Assembly: GCA_903895695.1 (NCBI GenBank) | Contig: CAITUY010000122.1 | Span: forward strand, 94-64,093 | Source of the DNA: an uncultured bacterium | Lineage (GTDB): Bacteria; Verrucomicrobiota; Kiritimatiellia; CAIKKV01; CAITUY01 | Direction: 5' to 3' | DNA length: 64,000 nucleotides | Shown: in pieces, positions 32,359 to 41,954 of the stretch | How the letters are laid out: each line of letters starts with the position of its first letter | Numbering within the stretch: position 1 is the first letter of the stretch | The notes under the pieces: model-generated | Database searches by the model: none | What the model saw: only the letters and a program-made list of their open reading frames with translations | Told to the model about the DNA's origin: nothing | Made by a program: the position numbers and the translations under genes

Positions 32359-35300
32359 CTACTCAATCAACACAAACCGGAAGTCGTAGGCATTCACCGT
32401 GATGGCTGGACCGTTCTGCAATTGCTGCCAGTTTTCGGCATCCACCGTCTGCCGCTCGCCAAACCCGAGAAGCGCCGGTTCGATGACATGCGCCCAATGC
32501 ACGAACTCCACCGGCTTGTCGGTCGGGTTGGCGATCACCAACAGCGCCTTGCCGCGCCCACGGTAGACCGTCACGAGCAGGGCGTTGGCCGGCGACTTCT
32601 CCTGCCCCGGCTTCACATGCACGTAGGCTTTGCTGCGCCAGTAAGGGATGCATTCCCCATCGCCCTCGTAGGCGCCGACCTGATCGAGCATCATACGGAT
32701 GCGGTTCTGCTCGATGGGGATGCGCCCGCTGTTGACGGCCTCGTAATCTTGCTGCCCGTGCATATAAGCGCCGATGTCGTGCAGCGCGCACATGCCGTAG
32801 GCGGTGCGGTTGAAGTGCGACTGCTCGGCGGCGGTCAGATCCTGATCGGCGCGAGGGGCCAGGCGCGGGATGATGCCCCCGCGTGAGCGCGTGACAGCGC
32901 GGAACTGATCCGGCGAGAGCACGCCGAAGTAGCCCTTGCCCTTCGTCTGCCCATAGAAGACCTCCTCGATGTACCAGCCGATCTGGTTCCAGGAGAAGTC
33001 GGCATGCTGATTCTGAATCCACAGCGGTTCGCGGCCCAATTGCGCGCCGATGACGTTCAGCCGTCGGGTGAGTTGCCGCCGCGCCAGGAACCACCATTGA
33101 TTCACGAACTTCCCGCGGCGGGCGTCCCAATCGGTGATGGCACCCAGGCCGCCGTCATCCCACCAAGTGCCGTTGAAGCCGGAAAGGCGCAGATACTTCT
33201 CGTAGTACCAGACGTATTGATCAACAAGGCTCTGCGTCCAGTTCACCCGGTAGGGAACGGTGAGCTGCATGGCGCTGGTCCAGCGGACCGTCTTCGTGGC
33301 ATTCCACTGCCCGTCGAAGTCCGATTCCGGCTGCGCCAGCCACTGACTGTTGCCCAGCCACTCGCCGCCAAATGTGTGGAAGTCGTCGTTCAAGCCGGTC
33401 CGCCACCCGGAACCGTAGAGCGCGATGGGTTTGCCGGCAATGCGCTGGCGCACGCCCGGTCCGGGACGCGCCGCGGCGTCTTTGTCCCCCGCGTACCAGG
33501 GCTTGCCGTTGATGAGGTCGGCGAGTTTGCGGTAGTCGTCAACGGTCGGCAGCGTGTAGCCGTCCACCTGCGCGCCGTAGTAGCGATACCCGCTCGTGTC
33601 ATGGGTATAGTGCGCGGTGGGATACGCCCAGGCGATCGCGCGCCAGTCCTTGGGGAGCGGCTTCACCGGCTCCGGCAGCAGGATTAGGTCGAAAAGGCGC
33701 GGGGTGTCCAACGCCGTCTGCCCGGCGAGAAAGCGGATGCGGAGCTGCGGCTTGCCGTCCACGCGCTCCAGAGTCACCGTGCTGCGCTTTGGGTTCAGCA
33801 CCCAGTCTTCGCGGTTCGGCGCCAGCACCCACAGACCCTTGTCGCCGGTGCCGATGAACATCTGCGGCACAAAGGAACCCCAGTCGTCGCCCGCCGGCGC
33901 GAGCCTGCTGCTTTCCCACACCACGCCCGTACCGGTGGGGATGGCGCCGGCATAACGACCGTTGTCGTTCATGAACCAGCCGCGCATGAAGTCGACGGTG
34001 TCGGCTTGTTCCCAGAGCGGGATGACCAGATCCAGGCTGCCCACCGTTCCGGTGCCCGTGCCCAGTTTCACCGCCAATTGATACCAGCCGTCATACTCCA
34101 GCACGGCGTCGACGGCGACCGGCGCGCCGGCCACCTGCGCCGTGCCGTGCAGTTCCACGCGGTCGTCGGCTTTCCGAGTCACTTTCACCGCCGCCGGTGC
34201 CCAGTCCTGCGGCTTGCCGTCCACCAGCGCTTCCAGGCGCAGGGGCGCGCTCAGAACGTTCTCGCCCTGGTTGACGATCTTGCCGGGTAACCCACCCGGC
34301 GCCACCTCCAGCTCGCGCCCCCACACCGAGAGCGTCGTCTTCTTCACGGTGATCGGCGTATACGGTGGGATGATGGTGTGTTCGGTCCCTAGGACGTTGT
34401 GCTCCCAGGGGAGGATCTCCCGGGTGAGTTTGGCTTCCTTCTTCTCGTCCAGCACCTTACCGGCCGCATCGAGCAGCCGCAGCTTGAGCGTGTAAGCGCC
34501 AGCCGGCAGCTCGGGCACGTCCAAGTTCATGTCGCCTTTCTTCGCGGTCAGCTCGCCCTCCCGCCGGGCGAGTGGCGTGCCGGCGGTATCGACCAGAGTG
34601 ACATCGTATCTCGGCGCGGCGAGGAGATCCTGGTCGACACCGAGAAAATCCAGGTCCACACCGACGCGGATCTTGTTGTAGTAGGGCCAATAGGCGACGT
34701 TGAAACCATAATCGCCCGTCCGCCGCTTGGTGGCCCGCCAGGGGTTCAGGTACTTGTCCCTGTAATCCTGGGTCATCTTCTTGATTGGATTCGTCTGGCG
34801 ATACAGTAACGCGCCGTTCGCCGACGCCGTGAGCAGGAAGGTATTGCCCACGTCATCCAGCGCAAGTGCCCCCTTTGTGAAGGCGGCCTCCGCGCCGGCG
34901 GCAACAGTCTTTTCCTCCTCGTAGAGAGCTGTGCCGGCCTTGTTCAGCACGCTGACCTTCACCGCCACCGCCGTGCCGGCCTTGCCAGCCACGCGTACGC
35001 GAGTGTCCAGGTTGCCGTCCTGAAGGTCGCCCACGCCGGTGCACTGTACCGCCGGCGCTTGCGGGTCGAGCACGACCTCCGGGAAGGCAGGCCAGTTCTG
35101 CCAGTCGCCCGCCGCCCATCCGACGTAGTACACGCCGCCGCAGGTGTCCGCGCGCACGAACTGCATGATGAAATCGGCGTTGTCCGGCGTGCCGTCGGCG
35201 GGGAGAATCGCCTTCAGCGGGATGGCCATCTCCATGTCCCAGCGGTCGTCGTGCACTCCGGATTTCACCCGCGCGCCAGACGTCCACGTTTTCTCACTGC

Positions 35301-35811
35301 CGGCTGTGGAGGTGAAGTACCAGAGGTCGGAAAGGTTGTTCAGCGGGTTGGCGCAAATCTTGTAGAAGCCCGCGCCGGGGCGGAAGACGTTCTCGCGGCC
35401 GTGGTTGGAGATCTGGATTTCCACGTGGTCCTCGAAGATCATCGCACTTTCGTTGTCCGGCTCCTTGCACGTAGCCTTCAGCACCATGTCCGTCGGCTTG
35501 GGCGAATACATACGCAGGTACAGATTCTCCGCGTCATATCCCAAGTAGAGCACGACCTGCTGGAAGGCGGGCACGACCGTACCGAAATAGGTGGCCAGGC
35601 CGCTGACGGCGGAGGCGCCATCCCATTCGTTCGACCCGATCACCCCATCAATGGTCGGCGGAACCGCCATCTTCGGCACGTGCAGCAGCCGCGCCGACGG
35701 GGCCGTCGTTCCGTCCGTCGCCATCGCGCTTCCCCAGCCCACTGCCCAGGCTGCCGTCGTGGCCAGAATCGTCTTTGCCAGCGTTGTCAGTTGTCCGCCA
35801 ACAGTGCTCAT
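32359..35811 (-). CDS. large secreted protein with N-terminal CBM9-like carbohydrate-binding module and glycoside-hydrolase-like C-terminal region
   Basis: 1150 aa. The signal-like N-terminus is LAKTILATTAAWAVGWGSAMA. PPTIDGVIGSNEWDGASAVSG...LGYDAENLYLRM is the CBM9/DOMON-like motif. The remainder resembles DUF/GH123-like proteins (tentative). Confidence 0.55.
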   Translation of the reverse strand: MSTVGGQLTTLAKTILATTAAWAVGWGSAMATDGTTAPSARLLHVPKMAVPPTIDGVIGSNEWDGASAVSGLATYFGTVVPAFQQVVLYLGYDAENLYLRMYSPKPTDMVLKATCKEPDNESAMIFEDHVEIQISNHGRENVFRPGAGFYKICANPLNNLSDLWYFTSTAGSEKTWTSGARVKSGVHDDRWDMEMAIPLKAILPADGTPDNADFIMQFVRADTCGGVYYVGWAAGDWQNWPAFPEVVLDPQAPAVQCTGVGDLQDGNLDTRVRVAGKAGTAVAVKVSVLNKAGTALYEEEKTVAAGAEAAFTKGALALDDVGNTFLLTASANGALLYRQTNPIKKMTQDYRDKYLNPWRATKRRTGDYGFNVAYWPYYNKIRVGVDLDFLGVDQDLLAAPRYDVTLVDTAGTPLARREGELTAKKGDMNLDVPELPAGAYTLKLRLLDAAGKVLDEKKEAKLTREILPWEHNVLGTEHTIIPPYTPITVKKTTLSVWGRELEVAPGGLPGKIVNQGENVLSAPLRLEALVDGKPQDWAPAAVKVTRKADDRVELHGTAQVAGAPVAVDAVLEYDGWYQLAVKLGTGTGTVGSLDLVIPLWEQADTVDFMRGWFMNDNGRYAGAIPTGTGVVWESSRLAPAGDDWGSFVPQMFIGTGDKGLWVLAPNREDWVLNPKRSTVTLERVDGKPQLRIRFLAGQTALDTPRLFDLILLPEPVKPLPKDWRAIAWAYPTAHYTHDTSGYRYYGAQVDGYTLPTVDDYRKLADLINGKPWYAGDKDAAARPGPGVRQRIAGKPIALYGSGWRTGLNDDFHTFGGEWLGNSQWLAQPESDFDGQWNATKTVRWTSAMQLTVPYRVNWTQSLVDQYVWYYEKYLRLSGFNGTWWDDGGLGAITDWDARRGKFVNQWWFLARRQLTRRLNVIGAQLGREPLWIQNQHADFSWNQIGWYIEEVFYGQTKGKGYFGVLSPDQFRAVTRSRGGIIPRLAPRADQDLTAAEQSHFNRTAYGMCALHDIGAYMHGQQDYEAVNSGRIPIEQNRIRMMLDQVGAYEGDGECIPYWRSKAYVHVKPGQEKSPANALLVTVYRGRGKALLVIANPTDKPVEFVHWAHVIEPALLGFGERQTVDAENWQQLQNGPAITVNAYDFRFVLIE

Positions 35812-35918
35812 CTGTGCTTTCGACCTCTCATGGTTTCGTCATTCCACGAACGTGGCCGGTCAGGGTCGCCGCGCTTGCGAGGCGTACCCTGGGGCGGCGT
35901 GTTGGCTTGTCGTTTGTC

Positions 35919-36539
35919 TCACATCTCTATAGACACCGTCGTCACCTCTGACACCGTGTCCCGCTTGATCGTGACACGCTTCGCCTGCTTCAGAGGTGTC
36001 GCTGCAAGTGCTTCCTCGATTACGGCAATGTATTGCGAGTATGGCGACTCAACCATTTGCGCGGGATCAATCACAACTGTTGTGCTGCACCATGGGTCGT
36101 ACTCGCGTATAGACAGGACGCATTCGGCTGCATTCGTCCTCGGATTAGGGTCGTCCTTCATGTCGAAGGCATTCACTGCCAGTGCTGCCTGCCAGAAGTG
36201 TTGGTAATTCGTTCGTGGCATCTCTCCTGAAAAGTACCGAGGCGCTGATGTGTCGGCATCAAGAAGGACCGAGACGCTCACTCGCTGTTCGTCTTCCACA
36301 ATCTCGACATCCCTCGAACTCCCGCTCTGTGACCTGACACAAAGACTTAAGAAGCTCACTAATGGTGGTGCCGTCACCAAGCCGCAGACGAACTGGCGTT
36401 GTGGATGCCCAAAGAGGGGGACGAGACAAAACCGGACAGCGAGCGCTACCGCAGCCAGGAGGAGGCAAAGCCATACCGCCAGTTCCAGTTTCCGGTTTTT
36501 GTCATGCCACTTCACTCTGTGACCGAGCACCCTTTCCAT
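35919..36539 (-). CDS. hypothetical membrane-anchored protein
   Basis: This is the C-terminal 206 codons of ORF 35919..37067, from ATG 36539 (MERVLGHRVKWHDKNRKLELAVWLCLLLAAVALAVRFCLVPLF...). It has one or two TM helices followed by a ~140-aa soluble domain. The upstream part of the track ORF overlaps the neighbouring gene in another frame and is His/Gly/Arg-rich. No family was recognised. Confidence 0.45.
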   Translation of the reverse strand: MERVLGHRVKWHDKNRKLELAVWLCLLLAAVALAVRFCLVPLFGHPQRQFVCGLVTAPPLVSFLSLCVRSQSGSSRDVEIVEDEQRVSVSVLLDADTSAPRYFSGEMPRTNYQHFWQAALAVNAFDMKDDPNPRTNAAECVLSIREYDPWCSTTVVIDPAQMVESPYSQYIAVIEEALAATPLKQAKRVTIKRDTVSEVTTVSIEM

Positions 36540-36553
36540 GCTTAAGCCAACGT

Positions 36554-37060
36554 CTACGGGGCATGCGCGGCGGGCACGCCGTCGCTTGGACCCGTTGGTT
36601 GGCGGTCTTGCGTCTTTGTGATAGGCGGAAGCATTAGCCGATAGCCGCGGCAGACCGCATGTGACAGGATGCCGAGGGACAGCACCGTGCAAGCATAGGA
36701 TAGCGAGATGCTCGCCATGGCCTGCTGCGCTTTCCCCCACACCGTCGTGCCGTTCACATAGAGAACGTACTGCACTCTGGAGATGAACTCCACGGTGGTT
36801 GCGATGGCGACGATAAGGGCCGCTAGCGATATTATCCGCGGCTGCCAGTAAGACTCCTGTCCACGGCGCGCCAGTTTCCAGTATCGGATGAACGACAGAG
36901 TGCAGACCACCGGCATCAGGAACGTGCAGACTGCCCAGACTACAAATCCCATGTGCAGGGGCTGGCGGCATGAAACGAGGGCAATGTCTTGCGCCACGTT
37001 CGTGACCGCAGGCGCTGCCGCCAGTACATTGATGTCCGTCGTCATGATGTTGTCCGCCAA
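36554..37060 (-). CDS. hypothetical integral membrane protein (about 3 TM helices)
   Basis: 168 aa. The track start is TTG (37060), and the first ATG is at 37045 (MTTDINV...). Hydrophobic segments are HMGFVVWAVCTFLMPVVCTLSFI, IISLAALIVAIATTVEFI and ISLSYACTVLSLGILSHAV. No family was recognised. Confidence 0.45.
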   Translation of the reverse strand: MADNIMTTDINVLAAAPAVTNVAQDIALVSCRQPLHMGFVVWAVCTFLMPVVCTLSFIRYWKLARRGQESYWQPRIISLAALIVAIATTVEFISRVQYVLYVNGTTVWGKAQQAMASISLSYACTVLSLGILSHAVCRGYRLMLPPITKTQDRQPTGPSDGVPAAHAP

Positions 37061-37516
37061 CGTTCAATCTGTAAGCGCTTACATTTACTGGGAGTTGACC
37101 GTATCGCAGGCGGTTGGGGGCGTCAACCGCGTTTCCGCAGTGATGTCTCGGTTCAATAACGGCGCGCCCATTCGGCTATCGCAAGTTGTTGCCTGCTTAT
37201 GCTGTGCGGTCACGCCCGCAGTCAGGGCGCCGTCCAGACACACTGGGCGCAAACTTCAGTGCTAGAATTAGCAGGTTAAGAAGTTTACATTTGGCGGCAA
37301 TACTGGATGCCGCAGGCAATTACCAATTGCCCCCTTCGTGCTCTCCGTGCTCTTCGTGGTCAAGTCTTCGAATGCGCGCACCGGTTTTGGCGCACTTTTT
37401 GGAAGGCATTAACCTGCTGATACAGAATGCGTTGCGCCAAAGTCCAATCGAATGGACTCGCGCGGGCATTTCTTTTCATCTGCACCACGTTCACTTCATG
37501 GACCAGAGTTGAATCC

Positions 37517-37568
37517 GGAACTCAGGAACTCATGAATCCGACGTTCCGTTCCTGATTTCCTGAGTTCC
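37517..37568. repeat. perfect 12-bp inverted repeat (ggaactcaggaa ... ttcctgagttcc) in a long spacer
   Basis: The arms are at 37517-37528 and 37557-37568, separated by 28 nt. It lies in the 620-bp non-coding region 37068-37686. Confidence 0.6.
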
Positions 37569-37686
37569 AGATCGTCCCGGTTTCCAGTTCTTCCGATCCA
37601 TCGGGCATCCATGCCAACAGGTAGCTCGACATTCTGGAGGGCGCGGTTCCACCCGCTCCGTTCCCTAGCGGCGGCCATCAGGGCGT

Positions 37687-38937
37687 CTACGACCAGACCT
37701 GGTCCGCCACTTCCCGCACGAGCTTCACCCAGCGGCCCAGGCGGGTCACATCGTCCTCGACGGTCTCGACGTCCTTCAGGTGGATGTGCGGATGACAGCC
37801 TTTGCAGGCGGTCAGGCCGTCGCCGATGATGCGGCGCACCCGGTCCTCATTATACCCATAGCACACCATGTCCGTCGGGTTTGGCCGCCACGAAAGGGCA
37901 TAGTCGGCGCCGATCTGCTCCGCGCAGAGCCGCACGTTCGCCACGGGGGTCACGGCAATGCTGCGCAGGTTCTTAAGCTGTCGCAGCATGTCGATCTTGC
38001 GGCCCAGATCTTCGCAGCAACCGTAGTGGACCAGGCCGAAACGCTCGAGGATCGGTTTCTGATACCGGAACATGAACTCTTCGTGGAACTCCGGCGAGAT
38101 CAGGGTGAACTCCTGGGCCGCGCCGAAGCCCCAGAGGTCTTTGCGCCGACGGGTGCCGCTGTTGGGATGAGGGCGCTCCAAGGTGTCGGCATAGCAAAGG
38201 GCCTGGTTCTGGCCGGAGGTGACGGTGTAATCGCCGGCCTCCTCGGCCTCCGCGTTGTTCTCCAGAATGCCGTCGCGCATGAACGCAAGCAGGCGGTGAA
38301 GCTCGGCCGGGTACTCGTACATGTCGGTCATGAGCGTCTCCAGTCCCCGCAACTTGGCGATGCTGGTGGAGATATCGCCGGAGAACCCGGTACACGCGGG
38401 CGTGCGGAGAACATCAACCGTCAGCAGGTCGCCAATGGCGCCTGAGAGGCGCTCGACATTGCGGGCCGTCTCCACCTCATCCACTTCATGGTGGGTAATC
38501 CGCAGCTTCGCCACATCGTCCCAGCTCTTGAGCGGCGGATCGTAGGCCGCCGCGCCGCCCTCCACGCCGGAGCCATGCATCGTCTCTGCCACGCCCCACA
38601 ACGTCCCCCACCCGCCCTTGACGCTGGCACCCAGCGGCAGCCACGGCTCCTGGATGCTGTCATCGCCAACCACCTCATGCTGGAAGATGCGCATCTTGAG
38701 TTCACGCTCATGCACGCGGAAGAAGGGATCTTCACATTCCATGCGATCGTCCCCGAACACCTCCCGGCACCAGACGTTCCACATGCCGTACGTCGCCAGG
38801 ATCGGCACGCGGGATCGCTTGAGACTGAAATGATCGGTCCACAGTTTGCGTTTTTCCTCCTGGATCGGCAGCGCCGCAATCTCTGCATAGCGCGCGGCCA
38901 ACTTACGGAGGACCTCGATATCATTCCCAGGTTTCAT
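37687..38937 (-). CDS. divergent URO-D-family TIM-barrel protein
   Basis: 416 aa. The shared landmarks are the helix AKLRGLETLMTDMYEYPAELHRLLAFM and the strand FGLVHYGCCEDLGRKIDML (H-x-C position as in the MtaA/URO-D family). Confidence 0.5.
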   Translation of the reverse strand: MKPGNDIEVLRKLAARYAEIAALPIQEEKRKLWTDHFSLKRSRVPILATYGMWNVWCREVFGDDRMECEDPFFRVHERELKMRIFQHEVVGDDSIQEPWLPLGASVKGGWGTLWGVAETMHGSGVEGGAAAYDPPLKSWDDVAKLRITHHEVDEVETARNVERLSGAIGDLLTVDVLRTPACTGFSGDISTSIAKLRGLETLMTDMYEYPAELHRLLAFMRDGILENNAEAEEAGDYTVTSGQNQALCYADTLERPHPNSGTRRRKDLWGFGAAQEFTLISPEFHEEFMFRYQKPILERFGLVHYGCCEDLGRKIDMLRQLKNLRSIAVTPVANVRLCAEQIGADYALSWRPNPTDMVCYGYNEDRVRRIIGDGLTACKGCHPHIHLKDVETVEDDVTRLGRWVKLVREVADQVWS

Positions 38938-38951
38938 GTCGTATTCCTTGT

Positions 38952-41879
38952 TCAGTGCGTTTCAAATGCGAGCCGCAGGTCCAGATATTCCGCGTCCGGG
39001 TCCGGATACATGGCATCCAGGATGCGTGGCACTCCAGCGGGGCAAGCCGCCAGCGCGGCCAGGTCGAGGCCGCTGCCATGGATTGGGGCGTGGGTGTCGT
39101 AGACCTGGCCGATCAGATCACGGGTCGGTGCGCACAGCAAGACCATTCCAAGCCGGTCGCCGGCTTGGGCAATCGTCTCGGCTAGCGGTTCGTCATACAT
39201 GGCGGCATGCCCTGTGTTGAGTGCGAGCCGCAGGTTGGGCTCGGCCCATTCGCGGATCAATCCCAAGTGCGCGAGCGCCGTGCCATAGCCCCCCTGCCAC
39301 GGCCGGTACCAGCGCAGCGGATGATGCTGCAGATGCAGGCTGACGCCGCGGGCGGCGGCCCGGCGGCAAAACGCTTTCACGTTGGCCGTGAATCGCTCGT
39401 GCGCCAGTTCCGGCGGACAATGATTCTCGGGCCGGCGGTGCAGCGTAAAGATGGCGTCCCGCGCGCCCCAAACGGCCATCTTTTCGAGAACGTCGTCCAT
39501 GGCCGCCCGGGCCGCCTCGAATTGAGGCGGATAGGTGTCGAGCAGGCAAAGATCCGGATAGAAGTTCGTGCGATGGCTGAAGTCGATCACCAGGCACACC
39601 TGCTGCCGTTCCAGCCAGCCCGACTCGCGCCGAACCTGATCGACGCCACGTTGGTGCAGATACGTCCAGTCCACTTTCACGCCGTCGAAATGCTGGAAGA
39701 AAGTCGGCCGCGCCTCGATCTGCTCCTGGATGGACTGGATGCCCCGCAACGCCAGGAGGCGTCCAGCCGGACGCGCAGTCGGGCGACTCTCCGGCAGACA
39801 GACCACGCGGGCCTCGTCAAGCGTCACGGCAAAGAGCCGAACATCGCCCCCGGCCATGGTCAGGGCTTCGTCGCGCCCTTCGCTGGCCGACGCCCGGGCC
39901 TTGTGCCGATCCGTCGCTTTGGCCTCCCGGCCCATGGAGTTGCCGTCATTATCGGCCATGCCTTCGGGCCAGTAGCCGGGCCGGCCCTTCTCCAACTGGT
40001 CGAGGACGATCTCCCGAACGGCGCGGAGGGTTCCCCCCTCGGAGCGGATGCGGACGGGCTGGGCGGTCAACCCGTTGTTGTGAATGCCCAGCCAGTATTC
40101 CCCGGGGCCCCGGCGGCAGGTGATGTAGCCGACATCGCCCTCGACGTTGAAGATCTGCTGCCGGGCCAAGGCGTTCCCGATGGCGCGCCGGACGTGCGCG
40201 AGCAGGACGAACGGGCAGGCCAGCGGTTTTTCGGTCGCATTCTCCACGGCGCCCTTCACCTGCGGTTCGACGTTGATCCCGTGGGGCGAGAAGAGCAGCA
40301 AAACGCTGCCCTTGCCGGAGGCGATGCGCGCCACGGCGGGCCGTTTGCCCGCGAAGGCCAGGATCTCGGCGCCATCGGGCAGTGCCAGGGAGGCGAGGTC
40401 AAAGGCGTGCGCTTCGGTGTCGCGGGTCCCGTCGACCCGCTTCACAATGGTACCCGCCTCCAGACGCTGCGGGGCCGCCGCGGGAGCCGCCCACTCGGGG
40501 AAAAGCCAGGCGGCATTCACCGCGGTGACAACCAATTCGCCGCCATCATCGACGAAGGTCCGCAGCTTGTCGCGGAGCTCGAGCGATGGCGTCAGCGCGC
40601 CGGCGGCGACGACGAGACCGTACTGCCGCAAGACCGAGGCGGGCGCGTCAGAAAGCAAGGCGTCGGCCATATCGCCATAGGGTGTGTCGGCCAGGAAGCC
40701 GCGCTCGTCGCGGTAGTAACTGGCATTCTCGTAACCCGGGTAGAGCAGCGACAGTACGCCGTGGGTCAGGTAATCGCCGGCCTCGTAGGGCAGAGCGCCC
40801 CAGACCTGGTAGATGTTGCCGGTGTAAAGGTGGCGGGGCATGGCCCAGCCTGCGTGAAAATCCAGCAGCAAGGCCACGGGCGTGTGCATCACGCCGGGGT
40901 GTCCCTCGCGGGCGATGAGTCGGCCAATCCCGCGCTGAATGGCGCCGACCGGCGACAGGTACCACGGTTGCGCCTTGTCGCCATCCTCTACGGCGAACCG
41001 GACTTCATCGGTCAGGTAACCCAACTCGAAGCCAACTCCGATGCAGTTGTAGAGGTAGTGCGTGTAGATCAGGCGTTTGAGCAGGTTGAGGCTGGTGCCC
41101 CGCTCCGGCCCGAACTCGGACATGCCTTCGCCGTCCTTCATGGCGCCGGGCGCCTTGTAGAGCTTGTAGCCCCAGCGATTGAAGCAGGAGGCGTTGCCGA
41201 ACCAGTGAATGCCATACTGCTTCCCGGCGCCGCGAATGAAGGCGTAGTAGACTTGGCTGTTCGGCAGGGCCTGGGCGGCCTCGGCGCCCAGCAGTGAGTG
41301 GTTGCCCTCTTTCAAGAAATAGTGACCGAAGCAGAGCGACACGAGGGCGCTGAGGTGGTTGCCCAGGTCATTGCCCAGCCGCTCGAAGTGGCGCTTGAAG
41401 TTCAGGTACTGCCCGAAGCGACCGGCCGGCGAGGGACACTGCTGCGGCGCGTAGCCGCCTACGTAGCGGCCATCCTGCTCGCCGTTGTCCATGCCCAGGA
41501 AACGATCGCCCAGGACGCGCCGGAGCTGATTCACCATGCCCGGAGGCGGCGTCAGGTTGGCCCAGGGGCCGACCGTGGCGGAGCCGGGGACATACCCCCA
41601 AAGGTCGAAAAGAAACAGGTCGCGCTTGAGAATCTCCTCGATAACCTGATCGACGTGGGACGTGTAGAGCAGGTAACTGTTCGGCCAGACGATCCGGCCC
41701 AATTCGAACGTCACGGTATAGCGCTCCAGGTCCTCCTTCCACGTCGGCTGGGCCAGGTCGCGAAGGGTCATGAGCTGGGGCCGGTCGCCGAACGTGGTCC
41801 ACGTCGGGACCTTGATCGGCCGGCGCGCAAAGTCGGGATGGGCCGCGGCATCCAGATGGAAAGGATAGTGCGTGGGCAT
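38952..41879 (-). CDS. fusion protein: unassigned ~650-aa N-terminal glycan-enzyme-like region plus C-terminal xylose-isomerase-like TIM barrel (sugar phosphate isomerase/epimerase fold)
   Basis: ORF 38952..41909 has a GTG first codon. The first ATG is at 41879 (MPTHYPFHLD...). The C-terminal ~280 aa, ...AARGVSLHLQHHP...EPNLRLALNTGHAAMYDEPLAETIAQAGDRLGMVLLCAP, follow the PF01261-type pattern (E/H metal ligands). Confidence 0.55.
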   Translation of the reverse strand: MPTHYPFHLDAAAHPDFARRPIKVPTWTTFGDRPQLMTLRDLAQPTWKEDLERYTVTFELGRIVWPNSYLLYTSHVDQVIEEILKRDLFLFDLWGYVPGSATVGPWANLTPPPGMVNQLRRVLGDRFLGMDNGEQDGRYVGGYAPQQCPSPAGRFGQYLNFKRHFERLGNDLGNHLSALVSLCFGHYFLKEGNHSLLGAEAAQALPNSQVYYAFIRGAGKQYGIHWFGNASCFNRWGYKLYKAPGAMKDGEGMSEFGPERGTSLNLLKRLIYTHYLYNCIGVGFELGYLTDEVRFAVEDGDKAQPWYLSPVGAIQRGIGRLIAREGHPGVMHTPVALLLDFHAGWAMPRHLYTGNIYQVWGALPYEAGDYLTHGVLSLLYPGYENASYYRDERGFLADTPYGDMADALLSDAPASVLRQYGLVVAAGALTPSLELRDKLRTFVDDGGELVVTAVNAAWLFPEWAAPAAAPQRLEAGTIVKRVDGTRDTEAHAFDLASLALPDGAEILAFAGKRPAVARIASGKGSVLLLFSPHGINVEPQVKGAVENATEKPLACPFVLLAHVRRAIGNALARQQIFNVEGDVGYITCRRGPGEYWLGIHNNGLTAQPVRIRSEGGTLRAVREIVLDQLEKGRPGYWPEGMADNDGNSMGREAKATDRHKARASASEGRDEALTMAGGDVRLFAVTLDEARVVCLPESRPTARPAGRLLALRGIQSIQEQIEARPTFFQHFDGVKVDWTYLHQRGVDQVRRESGWLERQQVCLVIDFSHRTNFYPDLCLLDTYPPQFEAARAAMDDVLEKMAVWGARDAIFTLHRRPENHCPPELAHERFTANVKAFCRRAAARGVSLHLQHHPLRWYRPWQGGYGTALAHLGLIREWAEPNLRLALNTGHAAMYDEPLAETIAQAGDRLGMVLLCAPTRDLIGQVYDTHAPIHGSGLDLAALAACPAGVPRILDAMYPDPDAEYLDLRLAFETH

Positions 41880-41954
41880 GGCGGTTCGATCTCCGGTCGC
41901 GGTCACCACGACCTATCGTTCAACTCGCGGCTCGGTGACACGGACGGGCGTTCC

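Noticed and set aside
36540-37067. Upstream half of the 382-aa ORF 35919..37067
   Set aside because: It overlaps 36554-37060 in another frame. Its translation is His/Gly/Arg-rich and lacks the hydrophobic periodicity seen in the competing frame. The ORF was therefore split at ATG 36539.
37186-37512. 108-aa plus-strand ORF in the long spacer
   Set aside because: It is Ser/Arg/Leu-rich and spans several palindromic repeat units. It has no ribosome-binding context or recognisable domain, so the region is treated as non-coding.
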